In this document: positions 1 to 9,474 of the stretch, piece by piece
Layout: each line of letters begins with the position of its first letter
Position numbering within the stretch: position 1 is the stretch's first letter
Assembly (NCBI GenBank): GCA_034430795.1
Contig: DAOUDJ010000222.1
Span: 5,481 to 69,480, forward strand
Direction of reading: 5' to 3'
Length of the DNA stretch: 64,000 nucleotides
Origin: Anaerolineales bacterium
GTDB taxonomy: Bacteria; Chloroflexota; Anaerolineae; Anaerolineales; E44-bin32
The notes under the pieces: generated by a model
What the model was told of the DNA's origin: nothing
The model's database searches: none
The model's input: only the letters and a program-made list of their open reading frames with translations
Translations under genes and position numbers: made by a program

Positions 1-1
1 C

Positions 2-316
2 TTGCTCTACCATATGCACGCTGTTCGAGAACAAGCTCTCACCGTTACACCTTTTCTCGATTCATCGCCGCGCGGTTTATTTGCGACTCGCGCGCCAACG
101 CGACCTAATCCAATTGGTCTTTCTATTGTCAAGCTGATCCGTGTTGATGGCGGTGTTCTTTATGTCGATGATCTGGATATTCTGGACGGAACGCCGCTTC
201 TCGATCTTAAACCATACGTACCCGAGTTTGACCATAGGCCGGACGCCCGGGTAGGTTGGCTGGAGAAATCCAGTGGCGAGGTCAAGGGGAAGACTTCGGA
301 CGATCGATTTAGGTGA
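2..316 (+). CDS. trmO: TrmO/TsaA-family tRNA methyltransferase, C-terminal part (5' end outside window)
   Basis: ORF is open to the window edge. 'RPNPIGLSIVKLIRVDG...LDILDGTPLLDLKPYVPEFD' matches the conserved core of the YaeB/TsaA (TrmO) family. Confidence 0.75.
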   Translation: MLYHMHAVREQALTVTPFLDSSPRGLFATRAPTRPNPIGLSIVKLIRVDGGVLYVDDLDILDGTPLLDLKPYVPEFDHRPDARVGWLEKSSGEVKGKTSDDRFR

Positions 317-366
317 TCGGCTGAAGGATGAAGGTTTGGTGACCGAGGTGGAATCGGTGAAATATC

Positions 367-816
367 GTGGAGGTACTTATGTCTGATGTCCCTGAAGTTC
401 GCTCTGAGTTTGATATAGGCGAGATAGCACGGTTTACAAAGACAATTGTTGAAAGCGATATCGCCACGCTTGCCGAGCTTACCGGAGATTTCAACCCGAT
501 TCACATTAACGAGGAGTTTGCTCAGAGGACACGTTTTCAGGGCCGCATAGCACATGGGATTTTAAGCGCGGGTTTAATCTCCGCAGTTCTGGGGATGAAA
601 CTTCCCGGTCCTGGTGCCATATACTTAAGCCAAAGGTTGAATTACCTTTACCCCACCAGGGTTGGTGATACGCTTACGGCTGAGGTCGAAGTTACGAAGT
701 GGAGTATGGAGAAGAATATTATTGTCCTCAGTACCCGATGCTTCAACCAGGACAAAATAAACGTTGTTGAAGGGGAGGCGGTTCTGTTGGTAGAGCCGCT
801 TACAGCATCATCTTGA
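367..816 (+). CDS. MaoC-like (R)-specific enoyl-CoA hydratase / hotdog-fold dehydratase
   Basis: 149-aa ORF with MaoC signature 'GDFNPIHINEEFAQRTRFQGRIAHGILSAGLIS'. Start is GTG 367 or ATG 379. Confidence 0.8.
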   Translation: MEVLMSDVPEVRSEFDIGEIARFTKTIVESDIATLAELTGDFNPIHINEEFAQRTRFQGRIAHGILSAGLISAVLGMKLPGPGAIYLSQRLNYLYPTRVGDTLTAEVEVTKWSMEKNIIVLSTRCFNQDKINVVEGEAVLLVEPLTASS

Positions 817-909
817 ACCAACCTTCGATACGAGCGCTGGCATTCTCCCACGGATTTGTCCCGTCACAGCTCCGATTGACTAGGACCCCGGTTTAATCTT
901 AAGTAGAAA

Positions 910-1638
910 ATGAAACCCGATAGAGTTAATGCAATCACAAGCCGATGGTGGTTCTACATCCTTGTGCTAATGCTTGTCCTTATCCCTCCTTTTGCATCCA
1001 AAGGCTATAGCCTGTATGAGATATTAAAGGTGAAGGCAGATATTCTCCTTCATCCCATTAGTCCCGCGTTCACCATCTACTACCCCATTTTCAACCTGAT
1101 CGCGATGCTCTTCATCGCCTCTGCGTTCTTTGTTGGCAGGAAGGTTTCGGCGCCTTTCAACCTTTACGCGGGAGCTTCTTATCTGCTCTTCGCGGTTATT
1201 CAGAATGTCTCCATCTCCAGCGAATATGGATTCGGGATATCTGTCATGAACGTGGCCTTGTTCGTCCTTGTATCTGCATCTTGGTTTTGGGATGTCGTTG
1301 GCCGACGCAATGACTTCTCCCCGCGTCGGCAGCCGGGATGGAAGTACTGTATTCTGGGTCTTGCGTTCATCGCCTTCTGGCTGCCGATAAACCCGATCAA
1401 TAAAGGCCCGCATTTCGATCCCGCGCTGATTCTGACTTCGGGTTCGAGCCTGACATTTTGCGCGATGACGACTGTGTTCCTTGCTATCTTGATCTACTAC
1501 TTCCCCAACGTGAACCTTACGACGCTCAGGGTGACCAGTTTCGTCGGGTTGTTGATTGGCTTGGGGAACCTATGGCTAGAGTTTCTGTACTTGCCAGCGT
1601 TATGGGGGTCGGGGTTCTGCACCTGCCACTTGTCGTGA
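910..1638 (+). CDS. polytopic membrane protein, family not recognised
   Basis: 242-aa ORF with multiple long hydrophobic segments. Competing antisense ORFs are short and Arg-rich. Confidence 0.55.
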   Translation: MKPDRVNAITSRWWFYILVLMLVLIPPFASKGYSLYEILKVKADILLHPISPAFTIYYPIFNLIAMLFIASAFFVGRKVSAPFNLYAGASYLLFAVIQNVSISSEYGFGISVMNVALFVLVSASWFWDVVGRRNDFSPRRQPGWKYCILGLAFIAFWLPINPINKGPHFDPALILTSGSSLTFCAMTTVFLAILIYYFPNVNLTTLRVTSFVGLLIGLGNLWLEFLYLPALWGSGFCTCHLS

Positions 1639-1791
1639 TCGCGATTGTTGGCCTGATTCTCTCATGGCGGCAGGTATTATGGATTTCGACCTAGATACGA
1701 CCCACAATCCTCTCTGGACGAGTCCTTTCGCTCCCCCGCCAGGTCTAATACAATCTACCTGAGTGATCCTTTATTCTTCAAGGAGGTTGCT

Positions 1792-2211
1792 GTGTTAAAT
1801 CGAGTGCATGACCACATCGTCAGCGAACTGAGCCAGAGTAGTCGTACAGACACAATCTTCGTTGTGACAGCCATCGCATTCAACCTCATCGTTCTCGGGA
1901 TTAATTCCGGTGTGGCAGATGCTGCCTCTGGAAGAAGCGGCGATACGGTAAATGACATCGTGTTGACCGTTTTCATTATCATGACGCTCTTGATGAATGC
2001 GATCGCGATTTCAGCGTTAAATCTCGGTAAGCGGACCCGTCAAATGCTGCTGGATGGTTTGGTCACAATGTATCGCGACAATGAAGTGGAGAAGTACTAC
2101 AACCCTTCGCTTATGTCGAACTACAATACCCGCTATCTGCTATTCAGCGGCGTGATTGGTACCCTGGCGCTTGCCGCGATCGCAGTTCCATTGATCATCC
2201 GCTTCCTATAG
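1792..2211 (+). CDS. small membrane protein, family not recognised
   Basis: GTG start 5 nt after SD 'aggagg' (1781-1786). Hydrophobic helices present; ends in TAG. Confidence 0.55.
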   Translation: MLNRVHDHIVSELSQSSRTDTIFVVTAIAFNLIVLGINSGVADAASGRSGDTVNDIVLTVFIIMTLLMNAIAISALNLGKRTRQMLLDGLVTMYRDNEVEKYYNPSLMSNYNTRYLLFSGVIGTLALAAIAVPLIIRFL

Positions 2212-2332
2212 TCTTTCCCTGGGTTGCATTGAGAAGCAGGGATGGGCTGGATTTATACTACGGGGAGTTACGCCTTCAGACTAGCATTTAATTTGAGAAT
2301 GCGCCGCCGCTGAGGGCGAGTGGACTGCGACA

Positions 2333-3604
2333 ATGAGACGAAGACTTTCAAAACTGCTCGGGCTGGTGCCGCTTCTTATTCTGCTGTCCTGTGCGACACC
2401 AATCGAGAATCAGGTTCCATCAAGCGTCAATATTCCCCCTGAGACTGAAGCGGTTCCAGCAGGGATGAAAACCCCGGAACTGACGATGGAGCCGTCATCA
2501 CCCGCAGGCTCCTCCGCATCCAAATCTGGTACGGGTTCCAACACGAACGAGGATCCATGCCAGGAATTGGTCCACCTGGTCGCAACGGTTTGGGAGGAGG
2601 AGCCGCGCCTCTCGATCCTCAATTATCATCAATTCTCGCCAGGAACTGCAGAACATTCTACGGCTATGAAGACCAGGCTTCCAGATCTACAAGCCCATCT
2701 TCAGAGTCTTTATGACAGCGGTTACAGCTTGGTTTCACTGGCAGGCTGGTTGGCCGGCGACCTGGAGGTTCCCGAGGGCCGCCGGCCTCTGGTTATTACG
2801 ATAGATGATCTTTTCTTCAACAACCAACTCTCGCTGACCGAGGACGGCGACCCTGATCCAAACACCGGGATCGGGGTCATGTGGGAGTTCTCGCAGGCGA
2901 ACCCAGACTTCGGGTTTCAATTAGCGCTATTCGCGACTCTGGGGGACAAGCTCTATGCGGATCCAGATTTCCCAACGTGGGAGGACAAGTTGGGAGCGGC
3001 AATCGCCTGGGGATTTGATCATGGAGCGATTACCTACAACCATTTCTATACCCATCCACATCTAGACCGCATCGAGACGCGCTACATTGTTCCTGACGCC
3101 AGAAAGAATGACGAGTATTTGCGAAGCTTGCTGGAGCGGGTTGGGAGAGAGGACATCATCCCCTCTCTGGGCAATATCATCGCTCTTCCATACAGTGTTT
3201 GGCCAACGAAGCCGATCGGGATACAACTCCTCCTCGCATATGAAAACCCGGAGGGGCTCCCGCTCCAGGCGGTCATGGAATCCGACTTTATCTCCCGAGC
3301 GAAATTCTTGCCACCGCCTTATTCCCCTGATTTTGACCCTTTGCATATCCTCCGCATCATCGCCGATCAGAACGCGATTGATTACCTAACGGAAAATTCC
3401 GGGCAATTCCCAACGGCTGTTCATTGTGAGTTCGAGATCCTTGACGATGCTCGAATTGAGGACCGAGCCTTTCTAGCAGGAGAAATCAGACAAGCTCTGA
3501 AACAAGGGAGATGCCCTGAAGGTGTTTATAGCTTAGGCGGTAAGGTCTTCACCGCTTCCTCCTCGCGCGTCCATCTAATCTTTCCGGTAGAAGGTGGGGG
3601 GTAA
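2333..3604 (+). CDS. lipoprotein with NodB-like polysaccharide deacetylase features
   Basis: Signal peptide plus lipobox 'LLSC'. 'RPLVITIDDLFF' and 'HFYTHPHLD' resemble NodB motifs 1 and 2 (TFDD / HxxxH). A Ser/Pro-rich linker follows the lipobox. Confidence 0.55.
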   Translation: MRRRLSKLLGLVPLLILLSCATPIENQVPSSVNIPPETEAVPAGMKTPELTMEPSSPAGSSASKSGTGSNTNEDPCQELVHLVATVWEEEPRLSILNYHQFSPGTAEHSTAMKTRLPDLQAHLQSLYDSGYSLVSLAGWLAGDLEVPEGRRPLVITIDDLFFNNQLSLTEDGDPDPNTGIGVMWEFSQANPDFGFQLALFATLGDKLYADPDFPTWEDKLGAAIAWGFDHGAITYNHFYTHPHLDRIETRYIVPDARKNDEYLRSLLERVGREDIIPSLGNIIALPYSVWPTKPIGIQLLLAYENPEGLPLQAVMESDFISRAKFLPPPYSPDFDPLHILRIIADQNAIDYLTENSGQFPTAVHCEFEILDDARIEDRAFLAGEIRQALKQGRCPEGVYSLGGKVFTASSSRVHLIFPVEGGG

Positions 3605-3733
3605 AAGCGACCGTGTAAACCAAAACAGCTCAGGGAAAATCACAGAAAATAGCTTTACCATCTTTTTGTCTCCGCCTCTGATTCTACGCCAGATGGTTGG
3701 CGGTGTGTGCCCGTCATATTAGACTTAGAGGCT

Positions 3734-4213
3734 ATGTCCGAACCATTTGAGCTCGACGCCCAGGTGTTCGCTCAGGTAGTAAAACACGCTCCTCTGGTTT
3801 CGATTGACCTCATCCTGCAGGATTTGCAAAGCAGGATTTTCCTTGGATGCCGGCGTAACCACCCAGCTATGAGAAAATGGTTTGTGCCGGGAGGCAGGAT
3901 CCGGAAAGGTGAGCGACTCGACCAGGTGCTTCGCCGCATCGTAAGGGAGTAGCTGGGGGTGGAACCCATTTTGTCAGATGCGGAGTTTGTAGGTGTATTC
4001 GAGCATTTCTACGAGGACAATTTCGCTTCGGAAGCAGGTTTTGGGACGCACTTTGTTGTTCTTGCGCATAAATTGTCCCTTGAACCGCCCTTCACGAACC
4101 TGCCCCTCGAGCAGCATTCCGAGTACCGCTGGTGGGACATCGCAGAGCTTATTAAAGCGCCGGAAGTTCACACTTATACGAAAGACTACTTTTCAGAACA
4201 TAAAAAAGGTTGA
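3734..4213 (+). pseudogene. GDP-mannose mannosyl hydrolase-like Nudix gene interrupted by an in-frame TAG (3950-3952)
   Basis: ORFs 3707..3952 and 3959..4213 are in the same frame. The joined product aligns along its length with E. coli Gmm/NudD ('PLVSIDLIL', 'WFVPGGRIRKGE', 'FEHFYEDNF', 'HFVVLA', 'EYRWW'). The stop sits where the Nudix-box Glu is expected. Confidence 0.65.
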
Positions 4214-4239
4214 AAGATCCGAATGGGAGGTTCCATTAA

Positions 4240-4716
4240 ATGGCCGAGGAAGCGTTTCAGGATAACTACCCCGACGACTTAAGCTATTGCTACGGATGTG
4301 GGCGTCTTAATGAAGATGGACTTCAAATCAAGAGTTACTGGGATGGTGATGAAACCGTGGCGCGATACACTCCGCGACCTAGCCACATCGCCATCCCGGG
4401 ATTTGTATATGGCGGTTTGATCGCTTCGCTGATCGACTGTCATTCGACGGGTACCGCTTCTGCCGCGGCTTATCGAGCAGAGGGGCGTGAGATGGACACG
4501 GATCCACCGCTGCGTTTCGTGACGGCCTCGCTGCACGTCAACTATCTCCGTCCGACACCTCTTGGCGTCCCCTTGGAAATTCGGGGAAGGGTGATGGAGA
4601 TCAAGGGGCGTAAAGTTATCGTCGAGTCGACCCTTTCAGCTGAAGGGGTAATTTGCGCGCAAGGCGAGGTTGTTGCTGTGAAAATGCCAGAAGATATGCT
4701 TACTGCGAAGGAATAA
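4240..4716 (+). CDS. PaaI-family hotdog thioesterase
   Basis: 158 aa with N-terminal 'CYGCG' knuckle. 'GFVYGGLIASLIDCHS' and the C-terminal beta-sheet pattern are typical of PaaI/4HBT-type thioesterases. Confidence 0.7.
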   Translation: MAEEAFQDNYPDDLSYCYGCGRLNEDGLQIKSYWDGDETVARYTPRPSHIAIPGFVYGGLIASLIDCHSTGTASAAAYRAEGREMDTDPPLRFVTASLHVNYLRPTPLGVPLEIRGRVMEIKGRKVIVESTLSAEGVICAQGEVVAVKMPEDMLTAKE

Positions 4717-5040
4717 GACAGCCATCTTACGCAAGTTATCCGTTTGGATCCACAAAAAGACCTTGAAAGAGGGAACGGGTGAGCCCGAGCTGCTTAAATG
4801 GGTCCCTGGAAGTAGACGGAACCTTAAAATTCTCCCTAATCATTTTAAATATGTAACCGTTTCTGATGTATTCTTTAGGTATAAAACATTCAACCCGGCG
4901 AGATTTGCAAAAGAACTTGACTCTAGGAGATAATCTCGTTCCGGGCAAAATCAATCCAGACTCCTCGTCACTGTTCAATATTCGTGCTGCTTTTATCCAT
5001 GGGTAGGTACCTACACCGCGGCTTTAATCGGGAGATATGT

Positions 5041-5829
5041 ATGCAGCGTGTTCGATTGATCCATTGGAAGGAATCCGAGGCCGAGGAGAAAGTTAGGTTC
5101 TTGAAGAAGGCAGGATACAAGGTGGCATTCTCACTCCTTGATAGTGATAGTTTGCGTCAAATGCGGAGGGATCCACCCGCCGTATTTGTGATCGATCTTG
5201 ATCGTCTGCCATCGCAGGGAAGAGATTTCGCTTTGGGAATTCGCATACAAAAAGCAACACGATATGTACCGTTGGTTTTTGTCGGAGGGGAGCTAAAAAA
5301 GGTTAATGGCATCAGGAAATTGCTGCCAGATGCTGTGTACACGCAATGGAATCAGATTGATGACCCGCTCCGAAAGGCGATCGATTATCCTCCCGTCGAT
5401 CCAGTTGTCCCGAGTTCGGTTATGGCAGGTTACTCCGGGACACCATTACCGAAAAAACTTGGGATAAAAGAAAACGCAGTTGTGGCTCTGGTAAATGCCC
5501 CAAAGGGAATCCAAGAGACCCTGGGAGAATTGCCGCAGGGAGTGGTCCTGAGTTCGGGATTACAATCCATAGGCGATCTAACACTTTGGTTCGTTCGATC
5601 TCGTGCTGAACTCGAGAAAGGCATGAGCAAGATGGTTGATTTCGGTGATTCAGCCGGGCTGTGGATCGTCTGGCCGAAGAAGTCCTCTGGCGTAGAAAGC
5701 GATCTCACCCAAAACATCGTCCGGCAGATTGGCCTCGCCTCCGGTCTGGTGGATTTCAAGATCAGCGCCATAGATAAAACCTGGTCTGGTTTGCGTTTCA
5801 CCAAGAGGAAGACTGCTCAGAAGAAGTGA
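5041..5829 (+). CDS. DUF3052-like protein with N-terminal receiver-like (flavodoxin-fold) module
   Basis: ATG 5041 follows SD 'gggaga'. The C-terminal half ('GTPLPKKLGIKENAVVALVNAP...LWFVRS...GLWIVWPKK') resembles DUF3052. The N-terminal half has a beta-alpha periodicity with 'VFVIDLD'. Confidence 0.55.
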   Translation: MQRVRLIHWKESEAEEKVRFLKKAGYKVAFSLLDSDSLRQMRRDPPAVFVIDLDRLPSQGRDFALGIRIQKATRYVPLVFVGGELKKVNGIRKLLPDAVYTQWNQIDDPLRKAIDYPPVDPVVPSSVMAGYSGTPLPKKLGIKENAVVALVNAPKGIQETLGELPQGVVLSSGLQSIGDLTLWFVRSRAELEKGMSKMVDFGDSAGLWIVWPKKSSGVESDLTQNIVRQIGLASGLVDFKISAIDKTWSGLRFTKRKTAQKK

Positions 5830-5854
5830 TAGGGGATTTTATAAGGAGGGAACC

Positions 5855-6250
5855 ATGGAAAGTGTAAATAAAAAACCGAGAAACCTGCCTTCACTCATAC
5901 GACGCATTGCTCGCATCTGGAGCATTCTATGCTTCGGATTCTTCGTCTTTATGGCTGTTATGGAAATACTTTTCCCGCATGGCGGAGTAGGCTGGCGGCC
6001 CAGAGATATTGTATTGGCTGCTTTCATGCCGGTCGGGGTGTTTTTAGGTATGGCATTGGCATGGCGCTGGGAAGCCCTGGGAGGGACCATAATAACGCTG
6101 AGCGCAATTGGCTTCTACCTGGCGATGTTTATCCTGGATGGGGAGCTCCCTCAAGCAATGGTCTTTACCATGCTGATCCCTCTTATTATTCCAGGGATCC
6201 TCTTCTTGATTTCCTGGGCGCTTCGCCGAAGGCCATCGTTGCAAACTTGA
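5855..6250 (+). CDS. four-helix membrane protein, unknown family
   Basis: 131-aa hydrophobic ORF with SD 'aaggaggg' upstream. Confidence 0.5.
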   Translation: MESVNKKPRNLPSLIRRIARIWSILCFGFFVFMAVMEILFPHGGVGWRPRDIVLAAFMPVGVFLGMALAWRWEALGGTIITLSAIGFYLAMFILDGELPQAMVFTMLIPLIIPGILFLISWALRRRPSLQT

Positions 6251-6288
6251 AGACTCGACTTCCTGGTTAGACTGAATCATTCTATCCC

Positions 6289-6792
6289 GTGCAACGAGGA
6301 GACGGATTGTCTTTTGCTTTCCAGGCTGGACGAAAGGAAAATTTTACAGTGAAAAACTTCGATTTCTGGTACCGCTGGCTGCTTGTTGTGAGCTGGATTA
6401 TCGTCTTTTTCGGATTGGCAATGGCGCTCTTGAACACAACTCCTATCTTCGATTTGATGAACAATCGCGTCAATCCCGTATTCTGGGGGGCTGGCCCAGT
6501 CCCAGAAGCAAGTGCTCTTTTCATTCGTTGGATTTACGGTGTTTTAGGCGCGACTATAGCAGGTTGGGGCGTGTTCATGGTATTCATCGCCCGCAACTCG
6601 TTTTATCAACATGAGCGCTGGGCGCGTGATGCCATCTTTGTGGGGTTGCTGTTGTGGTATGTCGTGGATACCAGCATTACACTCTATTTCAAAGTCGCGT
6701 TCAATGCAGCATTGAATACGACTCTCCTCATTATGGGTATGCTGCCAATCGTGATGACGTGGAAAGCGTTTACAAACGGTCAAGAGGATTAG
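6289..6792 (+). CDS. membrane protein, unknown family
   Basis: 167-aa ORF with four hydrophobic segments. The true start is possibly downstream (GTG about 6349). Confidence 0.5.
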   Translation: MQRGDGLSFAFQAGRKENFTVKNFDFWYRWLLVVSWIIVFFGLAMALLNTTPIFDLMNNRVNPVFWGAGPVPEASALFIRWIYGVLGATIAGWGVFMVFIARNSFYQHERWARDAIFVGLLLWYVVDTSITLYFKVAFNAALNTTLLIMGMLPIVMTWKAFTNGQED

Positions 6793-6857
6793 GGTACTTT
6801 TACTTGTTGCGGATTTAAAAAAAACTAGATTCATTGGATTATGGAGAATAAATCCTC

Positions 6858-7028
6858 ATGACGGAGAACGTGGAAGAAATACCGAAATGCGAGGAGTGCC
6901 CACTGAGAAAGAAGTCGGAGGACAAACCCAATTCTCTGGTGAGCAAGATCTGGCGCTGGCATACTACCTGGTGCCCTGGATGGAAACAGTATCAGGAGTA
7001 TCTAGCCCAACAAGATTCAAATTCTTGA
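6858..7028 (+). CDS. 56-aa cysteine-motif protein (below the ORF-track cutoff)
   Basis: Hand translation: MTENVEEIPKCEECPLRKKSEDKPNSLVSKIWRWHTTWCPGWKQYQEYLAQQDSNS*. 'ggaga' SD lies about 10 nt upstream. CxxC plus 'WCPGW' motifs. Lies directly upstream of the CDF transporter on the same strand. Confidence 0.5.
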   Translation: MTENVEEIPKCEECPLRKKSEDKPNSLVSKIWRWHTTWCPGWKQYQEYLAQQDSNS

Positions 7029-7221
7029 TAAGCAGATACTAAACTTGCCCGCTTAATACTTCATTCCTTACACAGAAGAACTGCGCATAGCCACTGTATT
7101 GATGTCTGACAGACTTCGATGGGGAAAAGTCGTCGGCTTGGTGTATAGAAGAGCATCCCGCTCTTACCCATTTATGGATAGGCGGCCGGCAATATTCCAT
7201 CTTTACGGTAAAATCACGATC

Positions 7222-8118
7222 ATGGCTCATTCATCGAATCACGTTCACAACAGAGGCACTGGCGCGAATCTGCGAACTGCTTTCTTCCTTAACCTTGTAT
7301 TCACGTTGCTTGAGGTCGTTGGTGGGTTAATGACCAACAGTGTAGCGATCCTATCCGATGCAGTTCATGATCTCGGAGACACTCTCTCACTGGGGCTGGC
7401 ATGGCAGTTAGATCGCGTTGCGCAACGTGGCGGAGATCAGCAATTTTCCTATGGATATCGACGGTTTTCGCTGCTAGGCGCGATCATCAGCACGATCGTC
7501 TTAATCATTGGTTCAATGATCATTCTGATCGAGGCGATTCCGCGTCTTTTCAATCCCGAACATGCCAACGCGCAGGGTATGATCCTTTTCGCGCTGCTGG
7601 GAGTAGTCGTAAATGGGCTTGCGGCGCTTCGATTGAGGGGTGAGAAATCGCTCAATGCCCGCGCCATCGCCTGGCATTTGATCGAGGATGTTCTGGGCTG
7701 GGTTGCGGTCCTCGTTGTAAGTATCGTTCTACTATATACGGACTTCTATATTCTCGACCCACTGCTCTCTATTCTCATCACAATCTATATCCTCTATAAC
7801 GTCATGAAGAATCTGAGACAGACACTGGCGGTTTTCCTCCAGGCCGTTCCAGAGAATGTAGACGTTGCCTTAATCGATGAGCGATTAAACGAGATCGAGC
7901 ACGTTTGTTCGACTCACCACACCCATGTTTGGTCTCTAGATGGCGAGCACCATGTCCTGACGTCACATATCGTTGTGGACGAGGATGTCTCGAAAGAACA
8001 AGTGCTTTGCCTCCGCAAGGAAATCCTTGAGCTTGTCCGCGAACTCGCCTTCGCTCATTCCACAATCGAGATAGAATTCGGCGATGATGACTGCGGGGTC
8101 ATGGAAAGCGCGATGTGA
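7222..8118 (+). CDS. czcD: cation diffusion facilitator (CzcD/ZitB-type) metal efflux transporter
   Basis: 'NLVFTLLEVVGGLMTNSVAILSDAVHDLGD' (TM2 HD/DD site), 'HLIEDVLGW' (TM5) and a C-terminal cytoplasmic domain with 'HHTHVWSLDGEHHVLTSHIVV'. ATG 7222 preferred over the upstream TTG 7099. Confidence 0.9.
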   Translation: MAHSSNHVHNRGTGANLRTAFFLNLVFTLLEVVGGLMTNSVAILSDAVHDLGDTLSLGLAWQLDRVAQRGGDQQFSYGYRRFSLLGAIISTIVLIIGSMIILIEAIPRLFNPEHANAQGMILFALLGVVVNGLAALRLRGEKSLNARAIAWHLIEDVLGWVAVLVVSIVLLYTDFYILDPLLSILITIYILYNVMKNLRQTLAVFLQAVPENVDVALIDERLNEIEHVCSTHHTHVWSLDGEHHVLTSHIVVDEDVSKEQVLCLRKEILELVRELAFAHSTIEIEFGDDDCGVMESAM

Positions 8119-8248
8119 GCAGGAATGTTTACCAACGTCAATCACGACTCGGACATGGTGTTCTATAGATTATCTTCCAGACCTTAGAGAAGAGAATCAC
8201 TCGGATATACCCCGGAGGTAGCGGATAAACGAGAAGAGAGGCTGCCCC

Positions 8249-8635
8249 ATGTTTAAACAGACCATTTTCATCTCGCTTTTCGTCCTTCTTTTCGCTTGCC
8301 AGGTCACGCAGGCTCCTGAGGGAATATTGAAGGGCCATGTTTCAATCGGCCCCATTCAGCCGGCTATTCGAGAGGGTGTGCCGGAACCTACTCCGAACCC
8401 TGCGATGTACGCGGCCAGGCAGATCGTGATCTTCGATCAAAGTGGTCGCAAGGAAATTGTACGTGCCTCGATTAATGCCGTCGGGGATTACGAGGTTCGA
8501 CTGCCGGCGGGGATATATACGGTTGATATCAGCCATTCGGGGATCGACTTCGCAAAAGGATTGCCGGCGCAGGTTGAAATCCGACCCAATGAAGTTACGC
8601 GTTTAGACATCGCCATTGACACTGGGATACGCTGA
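8249..8635 (+). CDS. small secreted lipoprotein with beta-sandwich (carboxypeptidase-regulatory-like) features
   Basis: Signal peptide plus lipobox 'LFAC'. 'GDYEVRLPAGIYTVDI' is typical of CarboxypepD_reg-like folds. Confidence 0.5.
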   Translation: MFKQTIFISLFVLLFACQVTQAPEGILKGHVSIGPIQPAIREGVPEPTPNPAMYAARQIVIFDQSGRKEIVRASINAVGDYEVRLPAGIYTVDISHSGIDFAKGLPAQVEIRPNEVTRLDIAIDTGIR

Positions 8636-8730
8636 GTTCGATGAGGCCTTACAAAGTTACTGCGGACCGGCTATTCTGAGCCCGCAGTCATTGAGTCGTC
8701 CTACTGCAAGACTCTTAGCGAGGGTTAAGG

Positions 8731-9240
8731 ATGGGTGCACCTAAGGATAAGCCAAGCCTGATCCAAAAGATCCGAGATGAGCGTGAGAGGCTCAGGATGC
8801 TTTTGGGTAATGTCTCCGAAAACGAGATGCTGATTCCACTGGAGGAGGATGGCTGGTCTGTAAAAGATCATGTTGCACATGTCGTTATCTGGGAAAAACG
8901 GATGGTCGAGTGGTTGAATGTCGTAGAAAGAGGGGAAGTACCGCAGCAGCTTCCCCCGGGGATGACATGGGATGATCTGGACCGCTGGAACGAGCAAACC
9001 TTCGAAGAGAACAGCGGGCGAGAACTGAAGGAAGTGCTGGCTGACTTCAACCATTTCGCAGAAGAAGTCGTGCAGGTAGTGGAAGCGATTCCAGAAGATT
9101 TGCTTATGCAAGCGGATTCTCTCGCGTGGCGCTCGGGATCACCGCTTTGGGAGATGGTGGCAGCGAATACATTCTGGCACTACACCGAGCATCGAGAGAC
9201 TATCAAGAATTGGCAAGAAACAAGAACATCCAGCGAGTAA
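8731..9240 (+). CDS. ClbS/DfsB (DUF1706)-like DinB-superfamily four-helix-bundle protein
   Basis: 'DGWSVKDHVAHVVIWEKRMVEWL' and the C-terminal 'NTFWHYTEHRETIKNW' match my recollection of DUF1706 family signatures. Confidence 0.65.
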   Translation: MGAPKDKPSLIQKIRDERERLRMLLGNVSENEMLIPLEEDGWSVKDHVAHVVIWEKRMVEWLNVVERGEVPQQLPPGMTWDDLDRWNEQTFEENSGRELKEVLADFNHFAEEVVQVVEAIPEDLLMQADSLAWRSGSPLWEMVAANTFWHYTEHRETIKNWQETRTSSE

Positions 9241-9377
9241 TGGTTCCGCACTTACAAGAAATGAGAAGTGGAAGAGCCCGGCCCTTTGTATCATTTCCCC
9301 CCTGGATCTGAGAGCTGTGTCGTGCGATCTCTCTGCTCGAAGGGCTATTGCGGTGATGATGAGAGCGACTCGTTAAT

Positions 9378-9405
9378 TTGATGAATCGCTCCTGAATGCT
9401 AGAAT
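9378..9405 (+). promoter_or_regulatory. candidate sigma70-type promoter for dodecin
   Basis: TTGATG (9378-9383), 16-nt spacer, extended -10 'TGcTAGAAT' (9397-9405). Lies about 70 nt upstream of ATG 9475. Confidence 0.35.
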
Positions 9406-9474
9406 AAACTTGCCTGACCGATTGCCATTCGCAGCCTGATATTCTAGACTGACTGGATCTGAAGGGAGTATGAC

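Noticed and set aside
3950-3952. Possibility that TAG is reassigned (for example pyrrolysine) rather than a stop
   Set aside because: TAG serves as the ordinary stop of several well-supported genes in this window, for example at 2209-2211, 6790-6792 and 9688-9690. No pyl genes are visible here.
4736-4978. 80-aa minus-strand ORF in a lower-GC 324-nt spacer
   Set aside because: There is no SD, no recognisable family and only a borderline length. The region also contains a plausible + strand promoter for the 5041 gene (TTGCAA 4905-4910, 18-nt spacer, GATAAT 4929-4934). Left unannotated rather than called.
9241-9474. FMN (RFN) riboswitch upstream of the flavin-binding dodecin gene
   Set aside because: None of the conserved RFN core strings are present. 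Only a promoter-like element was found.
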